Below, in pieces: positions 37,950-47,762 of a stretch of 64,000 bases of DNA (positions are counted from its first letter, which is position 1; the number at the start of each line of letters is the position of its first letter). Under the pieces are notes generated by a model. It worked only from the letters and a program-made list of their open reading frames with translations. It had not been told where the DNA came from and searched no databases. Source of the DNA: Candidatus Iainarchaeum sp. (GTDB lineage Archaea > Iainarchaeota > Iainarchaeia > Iainarchaeales > DTGL01); the NCBI GenBank assembly GCA_026413945.1, contig JAOAJX010000003.1, positions 1 to 64,000 of the forward strand, in the 5' to 3' direction. Made by a program: the position numbers and the translations under genes.

Positions 37950-39005
37950 ATGAGGCAAAGGTTTTTTTCGGCACAAAAAAACTATGGGAGACATAGCTTT
38001 GATCTAGCAAGAAAAAAATTTTCCAAAGATTGTTTATGTTGGCCAAGCCACGAAGCTTTAGAGCAAGCAACTCCTGAGCAAATCGCATTTTATAGGGCTT
38101 CAAGGCTTAAATGCGATGTTGCAGTTGATTTATGCTGTGGCATAGGCATGGATTCAATTGCTCTTGCAAAATACTGCAAAAAAGTCTATGCTGTTGATAT
38201 TGATAATAAAGCTTTGATTTGCGCTAAAAATAATGCAAAATGCTGTGGTGTTGAAAATATAGAATTCATCCATGCCGATTGCTTTTCTCTAAATTTGAGA
38301 AAACTTAATGCTGATATCGTATTTGCTGATCCTTCGAGGCGTCTTGCAGGAAGGCGTGTAAAAAACCTCATGGAGACAAAACCAAGTGTAACTGAGTTAG
38401 TGAGATTCATAAATAAGCAGCGAATAAATGATTTTTGCATAGAGGTTTCGAGAGAGCTTGAGCCGGAAGAAATACCTTATGATTGCGAGATTGAATACAT
38501 TTCTTTGAACAAGGAGCTTAACTGTGCAACACTTTACTTCGGTGCTTTGGCAAAATGCAAGCGCTCTGCTGTTTTGCTTCCTTCGCAAAAATGTTTATCC
38601 TCTGATTCAAAATTAAAGGAAAAAGCTGTTTTTCGTGAAGCACCAGACGAGTTCATTTATAGAATTGATGAAGGCATCATTAAAGCAGGCCTTTGGAAAG
38701 AACTTCTAAAAGCTCTTGAAGTAAAAGCAAACCTTATCTCAGAGAATTATGCCACTTCAGGGAAATTCGTTCAAAGCGATTTTTTCAATAGCTCTTTTAG
38801 GGTATTGAGAAAAACAAGTGCAAAATTTCTTGTTTCTGAGCTAAACTCATTAAATGCTGGAAAGGCAGTATTCCACGGAAGGTTTTTGCCAGAGCTTCAT
38901 GCACTATTGAAAGAAGATATGAAATCAAAGCTAAAAGGCACAAAAAAACTTCATGTGCTTTGTTTTAACAAAGACAATTATTTTCTCTGTGAAAAGCTTT
39001 ATTAA
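37950..39005 (+). CDS. Class I SAM-dependent (RNA) methyltransferase, Tgs1-like, with possible THUMP-like C-domain
   Basis: ALEQATPEQIA.YRA, VDLCCGIGMDSIALA, AVDID and VFADPSRR. Confidence 0.82.
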   Translation: MRQRFFSAQKNYGRHSFDLARKKFSKDCLCWPSHEALEQATPEQIAFYRASRLKCDVAVDLCCGIGMDSIALAKYCKKVYAVDIDNKALICAKNNAKCCGVENIEFIHADCFSLNLRKLNADIVFADPSRRLAGRRVKNLMETKPSVTELVRFINKQRINDFCIEVSRELEPEEIPYDCEIEYISLNKELNCATLYFGALAKCKRSAVLLPSQKCLSSDSKLKEKAVFREAPDEFIYRIDEGIIKAGLWKELLKALEVKANLISENYATSGKFVQSDFFNSSFRVLRKTSAKFLVSELNSLNAGKAVFHGRFLPELHALLKEDMKSKLKGTKKLHVLCFNKDNYFLCEKLY

Positions 39006-39074
39006 ATTCAAAAGAAAGACGAATTGTTTTCTGAAAACAAAAGGTTAAAGTATTAACTTTGCATAACTGTTTTA

Positions 39075-40016
39075 ATGGAGCTAAAAATATTTTTTCTCGG
39101 TTCAGGTTGCTCTGCACCCACAAAAGCTAGAAACCTGACAAGCATAGCTATGCAATATTCTGGCAAGGTTTTTCTTTTTGATTGTGCAGAAGGCACACAA
39201 CAACAGATGATGCGTGCCAATGTAAGCTACATGAAATTGGATAGCATATTTTTTAGTCATTTTCATGCAGACCACTTTTTAGGCCTTCCAGGGCTTTTAG
39301 CAACGATGACTATGTATGAGCGCGACATGCCTCTAAACATCTATGGGCCCAAAAGCGTTGAAAAAAAGGTTGCGCTTGCAATAGAAATTGCAGGCATAAT
39401 GCCATGCTTTAAAATAAATACTTTTGAAATAAAGAAAGGTTTTTTGCTCAGAGGCGATAATTTTACAATAAGCGCCTTTCCACTAAAGCACAACACTTCT
39501 TGTTATGGCTTCACTTTTAAAGAAAACGATAAAATAGCAGAGTTTGTAAAGGAAAAAGCCATTGCTTTGGGTATTCCCGAAGGGCCTTTGTTTGCCAAAT
39601 TACAGCATGGTGAAGCAGTGAAATTTGGCTCAAAAACAATTAAGCCGGAAGAAGTTCTTGATTACTCAAAAGGCCGCCGAGGAAGAAAGGTAAGCATTGT
39701 GCTTGATACAAGGCCTCACGAGTCATATATTGAGAATATTGCTGCTAGCGATATTCTTATACATGAGTCAGTTTTTGCAAGCATCGATATGGATCGCGCT
39801 CTAGATACAGCACATAGCACTGCTTTAGAGGTTGCAGAATTGGCAAATAAGGCGAAATGCAAAAAGCTTTACCTTACGCATTTCTCAACAAGATATGAAA
39901 AGCTTGATGCTTTGCTTAAAGAAGCACGCGAAGTTTTTCCCGAAACCCACATTGGTAAAGATCTCCTCATAGTGAATTTGCCTCTTAACCCAAAAGAGCG
40001 AGTAGTTGATAACTGA
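39075..40016 (+). CDS. rnz: Ribonuclease Z
   Basis: FDCAEGTQ, SHFHADHFLG, GIPEGP exosite, DTRP, HES, HST and THFSTRY. Confidence 0.95.
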   Translation: MELKIFFLGSGCSAPTKARNLTSIAMQYSGKVFLFDCAEGTQQQMMRANVSYMKLDSIFFSHFHADHFLGLPGLLATMTMYERDMPLNIYGPKSVEKKVALAIEIAGIMPCFKINTFEIKKGFLLRGDNFTISAFPLKHNTSCYGFTFKENDKIAEFVKEKAIALGIPEGPLFAKLQHGEAVKFGSKTIKPEEVLDYSKGRRGRKVSIVLDTRPHESYIENIAASDILIHESVFASIDMDRALDTAHSTALEVAELANKAKCKKLYLTHFSTRYEKLDALLKEAREVFPETHIGKDLLIVNLPLNPKERVVDN

Positions 40017-40702
40017 TGCTAGCCGTGATTCTCGCAGGTGGCAAAGGCATTCGCATGATGCCTTTAACCAAGGACAAACCAAAGGCTATGATTGCCTTTA
40101 AAGGCAAGCCGATCCTTGAGCATCTTCTGGATGCATTGGTTTTTGCTGGCATTAATAGTTTTGTTATTGTTGTTGGCTATAAGAAGGAAAAAATAATTGG
40201 GTATTTCGGCAACAAATATAAAGGCATACCAATAAGGTATGTTGCGCAAAAAAAGCCTCTTGGTACTGCTCACGCCCTTCTTCAAGCAAAGAAGTTGGCT
40301 GAAGATAAAGAAAATTTTATTGTTTGCAATGCTGATGTCATTCCTTCAGTGAATGACATAAAGAGAATGTTGATAGCCAAGAGTAAAAATATATTGGCTA
40401 TAAGGCAAGAAGATCATCCTGAGAATTTTGGCGTTGTTAGTTTTAATGGAAACAAAGTGGTTTCTATAGCTGAAAAACCAAAGGAAGCAAAAAGCCCTTC
40501 TTATGTAAATGTTGGCCTCTATAAATTTTCACCAGAAATCTTCGAGATTATCCCCAAGCTTAAAAAGAGCAGGCGCAATGAATATGAGCTTACAGATGCG
40601 CTTAAGGAACTCATTGCAAGAAAAAAGCTTAAATGCTTGAAGATGAAAAATAGGGTTATAGATATAAGCAAAATAGAAGATTTGAATAAATGGGGTGTGT
40701 GA
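40016..40702 (+). CDS. Sugar-phosphate nucleotidyltransferase family protein
   Basis: AVILAGGKGIRMMPLT..KPK, Q..PLGTAHA, EKP and EYELTDA. Confidence 0.9.
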   Translation: MLAVILAGGKGIRMMPLTKDKPKAMIAFKGKPILEHLLDALVFAGINSFVIVVGYKKEKIIGYFGNKYKGIPIRYVAQKKPLGTAHALLQAKKLAEDKENFIVCNADVIPSVNDIKRMLIAKSKNILAIRQEDHPENFGVVSFNGNKVVSIAEKPKEAKSPSYVNVGLYKFSPEIFEIIPKLKKSRRNEYELTDALKELIARKKLKCLKMKNRVIDISKIEDLNKWGV

Positions 40703-40718
40703 ATTAAAAATCGCTTTT

Positions 40719-43700
40719 TTAATTTGCTCCTGTACCTGTTCTGCGATGCCAAAACCTCAAATAATCTTTGTTTCTTATCTTGTGTTCTAATGCTTTAAGC
40801 TTTCTTTCAGCAGCCTCATATTTCTCCTTAAACTCTCTTTCTGACAGATGCCTCTTGAAATACTCTGCCTTCGTCTTCTTCATAAAGGCAACAATGCTTT
40901 GCTTTTCAGCAACAAGCTTTGCTTTAGCGTCTTTAATCTTGAATGCAACTCTTGTAACCAAATAAAAGCCAATGGCAATGAGAAGCACAGCCAAAAGCAA
41001 AGAACCAATCTCAAAGGCACCAGGAACCCAGCTAAGCTTCACAAATAATTCTCCCGAGCCTTTAAGTGGTGACTCAATGCTGACAACAATATTGTGGGCA
41101 TTAAAGTCAAGAGGTCTTTCAAGCTCGGCAACATAAAGACCGTTATCTCTTCTAAAAACAGCATCTCTCTGCACACCATCAATGGTGATTTTTCCCTTAA
41201 GTTCGCTCCAACCTATTTTGGCACCGTCGGCATATGAAACTTCAATAACTATTTTCTCAGGTCTAAAGCTAAAGCCCGAGTTCTGCTTGCTCGGGCTTAT
41301 AAAGTCAATCTTTAAAGTAGAAACAACATGGAACCTATGCGTGAGCAAATCAACCGCATTTCTATCATTTGCATAAGCGTAAAACTCACAGTCAAGCACA
41401 TTCCCAGAGAAATCAGCAGGCAGCAAAATAACATAAGAATGCAAATCATTGTCTTGGTCATATTTCATGATCTCATCAATGGTGCTTTTGCTGTTAGAGC
41501 ACTTTATGCTTATTGTGCCTTTCAAATATTTTGCTGAACCAATCTTTAGAATTATTTTCTCTTCTCTTAGCAAATAGAGCTTTTCAGGCAAGGCAAATGG
41601 CTCAATATAAAAGTCGGGGTTTCTTGGCTCAACCTTAATCGGAACAATATCATTTGCTTCATTTCCAAATACATCATTGCCAAAAACATGAATGCTTAAG
41701 CCGTTTATATCCTTAAAAGAAACCTTATGGTTAATTTCAACAGAGGCAGAGTTTCTGAAAAGGTTAAAATCAAGAACTTTAGAAAAGGAACTTCCAACAA
41801 GCTTTGCCCTCAAATAGCTTATTGGATACTCTGCCTTGGAGCCTTCAATTGCAAATGCTAATGCGCCATTGGCAATAGAATCACCAATATAAAATGTCTT
41901 TCTGCCAAAGCCACTCACTGTTTTTAGCTTGCAAGGCTCAAACCTAACAAGAAAAACCCTGCTGTAATGCTTCGGCCTTCCATTTTCAGGGACAATTAGC
42001 TTCAAAGAAATAAATTCAGCATTTTTGACAGCGCATTTCTGTGGAACAAATGTAGCAGTTACTATTCCATCTTTTAATACTCCGCCTATATTTTGGCTTC
42101 CGAAGTAAACATTAGCATAAGAACCTTTTAGCTCATTGCCATTTGCATCTCTTAAGCTAATCTTTATCTGAAACTTATCGCTCTTGTTTAAAACACCTTT
42201 GGGCTCCAAAAGCACAAAAGAGATAAGAGATTTTCGAACATTAATAGAAACAACCTTATCGCCTATGATTTCATTGCTGACAGGCTCATACAATGAAAGC
42301 TTTACTTCAAATTCACCCTCCTTCGCAAAAGAATAGTAGGCTTCAATCTGCTTTACTCCCAAAAAGCCTTTTTCAGAGTCTTCAATAAAACCATCCACAG
42401 CAACCCCATCTCCAAAATCCCATACATAGCGCTTTCCAGAGCCACCGACAATTGTTGCAACAAATTTCAACAGCTCTCCTTCTTCTACGGAATAAGTGTA
42501 AGGTTCAATAGTCTCATCTGGCATCACCTTAAATACCTCAATCTTCACAATGCTAGGCTTTGCTGACGAAAGCGTATAAAACTCTCCCGAAAGCCCAGCG
42601 CTTTCCTTTCCTGATGAGCATTTTATCTCAAACACGTATCTTTTGTTTGGCTCAAGCCCAAGCAAGTTAGTTTCATGCATGAGCCCAGCCTTCGAATTCG
42701 CCATTGCTATGCTCAAAGCCATGTCAATTCCATAGGAAAACTGGCAATTTGCCTCAATGCTAGTAGACCAGCTAATAAGCGCAGAGTCATAGCTGCTCCA
42801 AACATTCTGGAGCTTAATGCCGAGCAAAGAGCCAATCGTTGAGAATTCACCATCAAATGAAATAGTTTTTCCAAACGCAGAAGCAACTATCTTATAATAA
42901 TATGTAGTTCCTGAATCAAGCTTTGAAAGCAAAATATCATGCAATAAACCAGAGCTCTTCACTGAGCTTCCTAAAGAGCCTTTGGCAGTGCCATAATAAA
43001 GCATAACCTCCGCATTTGTGCCTGTTTCAAATGCAATCTTTGCCGAATTCTGTGTAATATCCTTAACTTTGACATTTCTTATTGCAAAGATCTGATCTGC
43101 ATTTGAAACAGTAAACCTGATAAACTTTCCAAGCTCTTCATTGCCAGCATTATCAACAGAATAAAATCCAATCTCATGTGTGCCTTCTGCAGAGATAACA
43201 ATCTTCTCAGAATAGACACGAACGCTGCTGCCATCAACAGAATACCTTATTTCCTTGCAACCAGAGCCCTCATCAGTGCATGAAAGCGTAATCTCTGCTT
43301 TTCCCTGAACAATGCTTCCACTGCTAGGACCTAAATAAGAAGTGGTTGGGGCTTTACCGTCAACTCTAAGAAACACAGCGCCAACATTACCTTTGTTATT
43401 AGCAGAATCCTCAGAATAATACCTTATGTAAAAGGAGCATATGAATTCGGGGCAATCATTCGCTCTAATAGAAAAATAGTTTCCTCTTTTTTCAGGAGTG
43501 CAAGTATTGGCCTTATCATAACAATAATAAGTAGCAGCGCAGCCAGACTCGTCTACACAACTAAGCTCCACACCCACCGGAATTTTATACCATAGTGAGG
43601 GATTTATGTTTATTGTAGTGATTGGCGGATTTTTGTCAGTATTAGCGCCACCTGAAGGGCGAGTATTAGTGTCTCGCGTGGTAGTGCCTGGAGTGGGAGT

Positions 43701-43910
43701 AACTTGGCCAGTGTCGGCCCTACCTGAAGGGGGGCTATTAGGATCTTGCGTGTTATTTGTACCTCCCCTAGGGCCATCTTGGCCAGTATCGCCACACCCC
43801 GCAGGACCACAATTAGCATTAACTAGTCTAAAAATGTTTGGCTCGAAAATAAGCGTTAAAAACAGCATCACAAAAAAAATTTTCCAGAGCTTTCCCGAAC
43901 AAATAAACAT
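40719..43910 (-). CDS. Large cell-surface protein with Ig-like, FN3-like and PKD domains and a C-terminal TM plus coiled tail
   Basis: Signal peptide; YYSEDSANN and FYSVDNAGNEE Ig-like modules; two FN3-like modules (L..GTTYYYKI, LEPNKRY); YVWDFGDG PKD; TM near the C-terminus. Confidence 0.82.
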   Translation of the reverse strand: MFICSGKLWKIFFVMLFLTLIFEPNIFRLVNANCGPAGCGDTGQDGPRGGTNNTQDPNSPPSGRADTGQVTPTPGTTTRDTNTRPSGGANTDKNPPITTININPSLWYKIPVGVELSCVDESGCAATYYCYDKANTCTPEKRGNYFSIRANDCPEFICSFYIRYYSEDSANNKGNVGAVFLRVDGKAPTTSYLGPSSGSIVQGKAEITLSCTDEGSGCKEIRYSVDGSSVRVYSEKIVISAEGTHEIGFYSVDNAGNEELGKFIRFTVSNADQIFAIRNVKVKDITQNSAKIAFETGTNAEVMLYYGTAKGSLGSSVKSSGLLHDILLSKLDSGTTYYYKIVASAFGKTISFDGEFSTIGSLLGIKLQNVWSSYDSALISWSTSIEANCQFSYGIDMALSIAMANSKAGLMHETNLLGLEPNKRYVFEIKCSSGKESAGLSGEFYTLSSAKPSIVKIEVFKVMPDETIEPYTYSVEEGELLKFVATIVGGSGKRYVWDFGDGVAVDGFIEDSEKGFLGVKQIEAYYSFAKEGEFEVKLSLYEPVSNEIIGDKVVSINVRKSLISFVLLEPKGVLNKSDKFQIKISLRDANGNELKGSYANVYFGSQNIGGVLKDGIVTATFVPQKCAVKNAEFISLKLIVPENGRPKHYSRVFLVRFEPCKLKTVSGFGRKTFYIGDSIANGALAFAIEGSKAEYPISYLRAKLVGSSFSKVLDFNLFRNSASVEINHKVSFKDINGLSIHVFGNDVFGNEANDIVPIKVEPRNPDFYIEPFALPEKLYLLREEKIILKIGSAKYLKGTISIKCSNSKSTIDEIMKYDQDNDLHSYVILLPADFSGNVLDCEFYAYANDRNAVDLLTHRFHVVSTLKIDFISPSKQNSGFSFRPEKIVIEVSYADGAKIGWSELKGKITIDGVQRDAVFRRDNGLYVAELERPLDFNAHNIVVSIESPLKGSGELFVKLSWVPGAFEIGSLLLAVLLIAIGFYLVTRVAFKIKDAKAKLVAEKQSIVAFMKKTKAEYFKRHLSEREFKEKYEAAERKLKALEHKIRNKDYLRFWHRRTGTGAN
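43645..43791 (-). repeat. Degenerate tandem repeat (two units of ~72-75 nt) in the surface-protein N-terminus
   Basis: cttggccagt(g/a)tcg at 43703 and 43778; cctgaaggg at 43651 and 43723; encodes DTGQ...PSG twice. Confidence 0.55.
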
Positions 43911-44171
43911 AAAAAAATTAAATCTTTTCAGGTTTATAATACTTTTCTCTTCTTTTATGCTAAATTTGATTTGCTTAATAATAAGGATTTTTGTTTTTTT
44001 TCAATTAAAGAAAAAAGGACCTTATTTGTTTTTATGTTGTGTTGGCCAAAGATTACCCGGCATAGAATACATATATTGCTTTGTTAGACTTTTTAAATCA
44101 AAAAACTAAACTTTTTAGGTGGATAGTAAGCATATTTAAGAGTTTCTATATAAACTATATATAGTGATCAG

Positions 44172-45557
44172 ATGAAGTCTACCATCTTTTTTCATATGTG
44201 CCTTTTTTTAATATTTGTTAGTCTCTTAAACAATGTTGCCTCTCAGTCAACCGCTCCTTGCAGAAGCGATTGGGACTGCAGGAGCTTAGAATATTTTGTA
44301 AAATTAGATAAGAATCTATGCATAGGTGACAGAAAGTTCTATGATATGCGCACTGATCCTCTACTCCCGTGGGCACCATCAGCTATTCAGGACTTAATCG
44401 GCAAAAGGTACACAATGTATATACAAGTAGGTTATATAGTGCCTTACGTATGTAACATAACGAAAGGGATCTGTGAAATGGGCCAAATAAAAATTTTTGA
44501 TGAGTCTCTCATAGGAAAAACTTACTTCGGTTGTAAGTATGGTTGTCTAGACACCCCTGTTGAAAAAAGTGGCAAAGTGTGGTCTAACTTCTGCGTGTGT
44601 ATGCCGGGGCAAGGCAGAACTTTTTGTGATCCGGAAAAGAGTCGGCACATCTATTATGAACAGCATTTGTGGAATTGTGAAAAGGAAATTGATATCGCAA
44701 CCAGATGTGCTATTGGTTCACAATGTGGTAGAACTCCGACTGGTGGTTTTACTTGCACAGAGATAAAAGGAATTGATCCAATGAAAAGTGATGACCCAAG
44801 ACTTTATAACTTAATTGTTCCAGAGAATTTGTCTAGCGGACCAATAAAGGTTGCTATAATAAAAAATAATCAAATTATTGCAGAAAAACCAATAAGTGAA
44901 CTAAGCGCTTTAGAATATATCAGCAAATATGGCCCATTAGATAGCTCACAAGCATACGCATTTGCCCAGCAAACAGGCTTAACAAGCATTGCAGAAAACT
45001 CTGCAAACTATGGTTCAATCAGCACATCAACAAGCAGCATGGGCAATACAGCGAATGTTAGCTCAAGCAGCTCCTCATCTGGCTCAAGTTGGCTCTCTAA
45101 AATAGCTTCTTTCTTCGGCTTCGGAAGAAAAAGCACAAATACAGCAAGCTCAACAGCAAGCCAATACGCTAACACCTACTCAACTTCTTACTCAACCACA
45201 TCATCTTATGCAAACACTTACTCAGCAACAAGCACATATAGTTCTTACCCGAGAACATATTCTGCTTACACAACTAATTACTCTAACTATGCAACCAGCT
45301 ACACAGGCAATTATGGTTATTCTGCTTACTCTACTACATATCCAACATATTACTCAAGCTACTCAGCACCAAGTTACTCAGCCACAACTTACTCCACTTA
45401 TTCACCCTATAAAACTTACTCTTACCCAAGCTATAATTATTCTAATTACGCAAGCACTTACTCAAACTACAGTTATCCCAGTTATAGTTACTCTTACAGC
45501 AACTATAGTAACCCATACCTGAAATATTCTTACAATAGCTACTCTTATCCTAGCTAA
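44172..45557 (+). CDS. Secreted Cys-rich protein with Ser/Tyr/Thr low-complexity C-terminal tail
   Basis: Signal peptide, Cys-rich N-domain, poly-Ser linker, then a ~140-aa S/Y/T/N/P/A tail. Confidence 0.8.
   Translation: MKSTIFFHMCLFLIFVSLLNNVASQSTAPCRSDWDCRSLEYFVKLDKNLCIGDRKFYDMRTDPLLPWAPSAIQDLIGKRYTMYIQVGYIVPYVCNITKGICEMGQIKIFDESLIGKTYFGCKYGCLDTPVEKSGKVWSNFCVCMPGQGRTFCDPEKSRHIYYEQHLWNCEKEIDIATRCAIGSQCGRTPTGGFTCTEIKGIDPMKSDDPRLYNLIVPENLSSGPIKVAIIKNNQIIAEKPISELSALEYISKYGPLDSSQAYAFAQQTGLTSIAENSANYGSISTSTSSMGNTANVSSSSSSSGSSWLSKIASFFGFGRKSTNTASSTASQYANTYSTSYSTTSSYANTYSATSTYSSYPRTYSAYTTNYSNYATSYTGNYGYSAYSTTYPTYYSSYSAPSYSATTYSTYSPYKTYSYPSYNYSNYASTYSNYSYPSYSYSYSNYSNPYLKYSYNSYSYPS
45130..45554 (+). 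repeat. Low-complexity coding repeat (SY/YS/TYS units; recurring tactc and ttactc)
   Basis: Repeated ttactc/tactca motifs encode TYS, SYS, SYPSY and YSNY. Confidence 0.7.
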
Positions 45558-45599
45558 AGCAAGAATAAAACCAGTTTTCAAAAACTTTTTATCTTTTTA

Positions 45600-46283
45600 T
45601 TATAATTTTATAGTTTCGCCAAACTTTAGGTTTTTTGCCTTTGAATTAACTACGCTGTCTTCAATTTTCTCCTTGAATTCTTTTGGTGAGGCCTTAATAA
45701 AATCAAATGTGTTATAGTGCATAGGAATAGCTATGTCCGGCTCAATAGTTTTGACGAGCCTCACTGCATCTACTACATCAAGCGTCATTTGGCCGCCAAT
45801 GGGCAAAATCAAAACATCTGCCTTTATCTTGTTGAATGAATCCATCAAGAATGTATCGCCCATATGAACAATCGTAGTATCTGGTGATTCTATTTTGAAT
45901 CCCAATGGGTAAAAGGAGTTGGGGTGGTGCACATGAAATGCTTCTATGCTTATATCATCTAAAATAATCTTTTTGCTTGGAGCTATTGCTTGTTTGCAGG
46001 TAAGCGGCGCTTTTATTTCATTGAGCAAACTGTCGTGCGCAACGATTTTGCAGTTTTTATTTCCAACAACGCTTTCTATAAAGTCCTTATCGAAGTGATC
46101 AAAATGCTCGTGTGAGATAAGTATTATATCAACGTTCTTTAAAGTTTTCTCAGAGATTGGGCATTTTGTTTTTGCATTTATCTTTATTCCTTTAGGTATG
46201 TTAAAAAAAGGGTCTATAAGAATTTTACGATCTGAACAACTAAGTTCGAAGAATGAATGGTGAAGATATCTCAGCCGAATCAT
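45600..46283 (-). CDS. Metallo-beta-lactamase-fold hydrolase (UPF0173/UlaG-like)
   Basis: ILIDPF, ISHEHFDH, HMGDT, LPIGG and IPMHYNTF; start MIRL at 46283. Confidence 0.9.
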   Translation of the reverse strand: MIRLRYLHHSFFELSCSDRKILIDPFFNIPKGIKINAKTKCPISEKTLKNVDIILISHEHFDHFDKDFIESVVGNKNCKIVAHDSLLNEIKAPLTCKQAIAPSKKIILDDISIEAFHVHHPNSFYPLGFKIESPDTTIVHMGDTFLMDSFNKIKADVLILPIGGQMTLDVVDAVRLVKTIEPDIAIPMHYNTFDFIKASPKEFKEKIEDSVVNSKAKNLKFGETIKL

Positions 46284-46405
46284 TGGTACCAAAACATAGA
46301 AAGAAAAAAGGATTTTTAAGTTTGTCGCCAAAAAAAGCGGAAAATACCTGAAAAAACCCCATTATCCGAAAGTATTATAATTTTAGGATCAGTTATTATA
46401 ATATT

Positions 46406-47224
46406 ATGCGCGCACTCGCAGCTGTCTTTTTAAGCGCTTTTCTGATAATGCCTTTCGCGATCAGCGCATCTGTGCTCCGTTATTCTGTTGGAGATCACTA
46501 TATTTCAGTAAATCTTGACGAGGAAGGCAATGCAAAAATTACAGAACGTTTTTACTTGGCTTTTAAGACTCAAGAAGATATTGATGCCTTTACAGCAAAA
46601 AAGACTTTGCTTGGAAATGATATCAGTGAGTGGCGTAAGTTTGACCCGAATTTCACATTCCATATCGGCGGCGAGTCTTATGTTAAAAAAGAAAGTGTTT
46701 CTGTTTTTCTGAACAAGGAACAGCAGGACCATGTTCTAGAGATTTACTATGAGCTAAAAAACAAAGCTGTTGGCATTGTTTCAGAGGAAAGCAGAATCAT
46801 AACATATAAAACAAGCAATTGGATTTTCAATCCTTTCATTAAGGGGGCTGATTATGTAATTCCAGAAGGCACTTTCATAACTATAAACCTTCCAAGGGAT
46901 GCTGAAATAATTGAAAGTGATGAAATATTCAAATATGCGCTAGTTGAGAAATCCCCCCCAAAAGTGAAGCTTCAAGGCCTTATTTCAACAGGAAATTTAA
47001 GCTTTAGATATGTTGTGATTAAAGGAATTGCACCACAAATAAGCGTTTCCATATTCGTAAAAGGCCTAGCCGATATTATAAAGGAAAACGCATATATTTT
47101 TGGCTCTTTTGTAATAGCACTATTGGTGATTTCTTACCTGCTAAAAGATAAAATAAGCAATTCACTAATTGGTTTTCTGGTTAAGTATACTGATTTCTCG
47201 ACAGATGAGGCCGAGCAAGACTAA
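46406..47224 (+). CDS. Secreted protein with C-terminal TM anchor
   Basis: Signal peptide (ISA|S), beta-rich body and a C-terminal TM. Confidence 0.75.
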   Translation: MRALAAVFLSAFLIMPFAISASVLRYSVGDHYISVNLDEEGNAKITERFYLAFKTQEDIDAFTAKKTLLGNDISEWRKFDPNFTFHIGGESYVKKESVSVFLNKEQQDHVLEIYYELKNKAVGIVSEESRIITYKTSNWIFNPFIKGADYVIPEGTFITINLPRDAEIIESDEIFKYALVEKSPPKVKLQGLISTGNLSFRYVVIKGIAPQISVSIFVKGLADIIKENAYIFGSFVIALLVISYLLKDKISNSLIGFLVKYTDFSTDEAEQD

Positions 47225-47232
47225 ATCTTGTC

Positions 47233-47745
47233 TTAATTATGTTCACTAAGTTTCACTCTGCGTGAACTAAGCCTTATTCCACAATCAGGGCACTCATTGT
47301 TTCGTTGCTTTTCAAAGAATTTTTTTTTGCAAACAGGACAAAACCTTTCAAAAGAGATGCTTTCCTTAATTTTTCCTTGCACCGGTGCCAAATATTCAAC
47401 ACTTTCAGTAAGCAGAAAATTTTGTATTGAATAGTCATCGGTTACAACGAGAAATTGCTTACCTTCGTTTTTAAACTGCAGCGCCAGAGCAATTACGCTA
47501 AGGTCTGCTTTGCTTAACCTTTCAAATCCATGCCTTTTTGCCATTTTCTCCGCATCTTTAATGTATTTGTGCTTTGGCCTGTAAACTCTGAGTATCTTCA
47601 TTTTAAGGGCATTTTCAGCCAAAGCCTTTACCTCAAAACTCTTCAACTCGTGCAGAACCTCTAATGTACACGCATACTTATCTTTTTTCGAAAAAGAAAA
47701 ATACGGGTTATTTATAATTGCAGAAGCATCTAAAAGATAAAGCAA
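47233..47745 (-). CDS. nob1: NOB1-family PIN endonuclease with zinc ribbon
   Basis: LLDASA, LSKADLSVIALA, TDDYSIQN and CPVC...CPDCG. Confidence 0.92.
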   Translation of the reverse strand: MLYLLDASAIINNPYFSFSKKDKYACTLEVLHELKSFEVKALAENALKMKILRVYRPKHKYIKDAEKMAKRHGFERLSKADLSVIALALQFKNEGKQFLVVTDDYSIQNFLLTESVEYLAPVQGKIKESISFERFCPVCKKKFFEKQRNNECPDCGIRLSSRRVKLSEHN

Positions 47746-47762
47746 ATCAATGCACCATATTT

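Noticed and set aside
45130-45554. CRISPR array or RNA polymerase II CTD-like heptads
   Set aside because: There is no fixed repeat-spacer period and no YSPTSPS register; it is irregular low-complexity coding sequence in a secreted protein.
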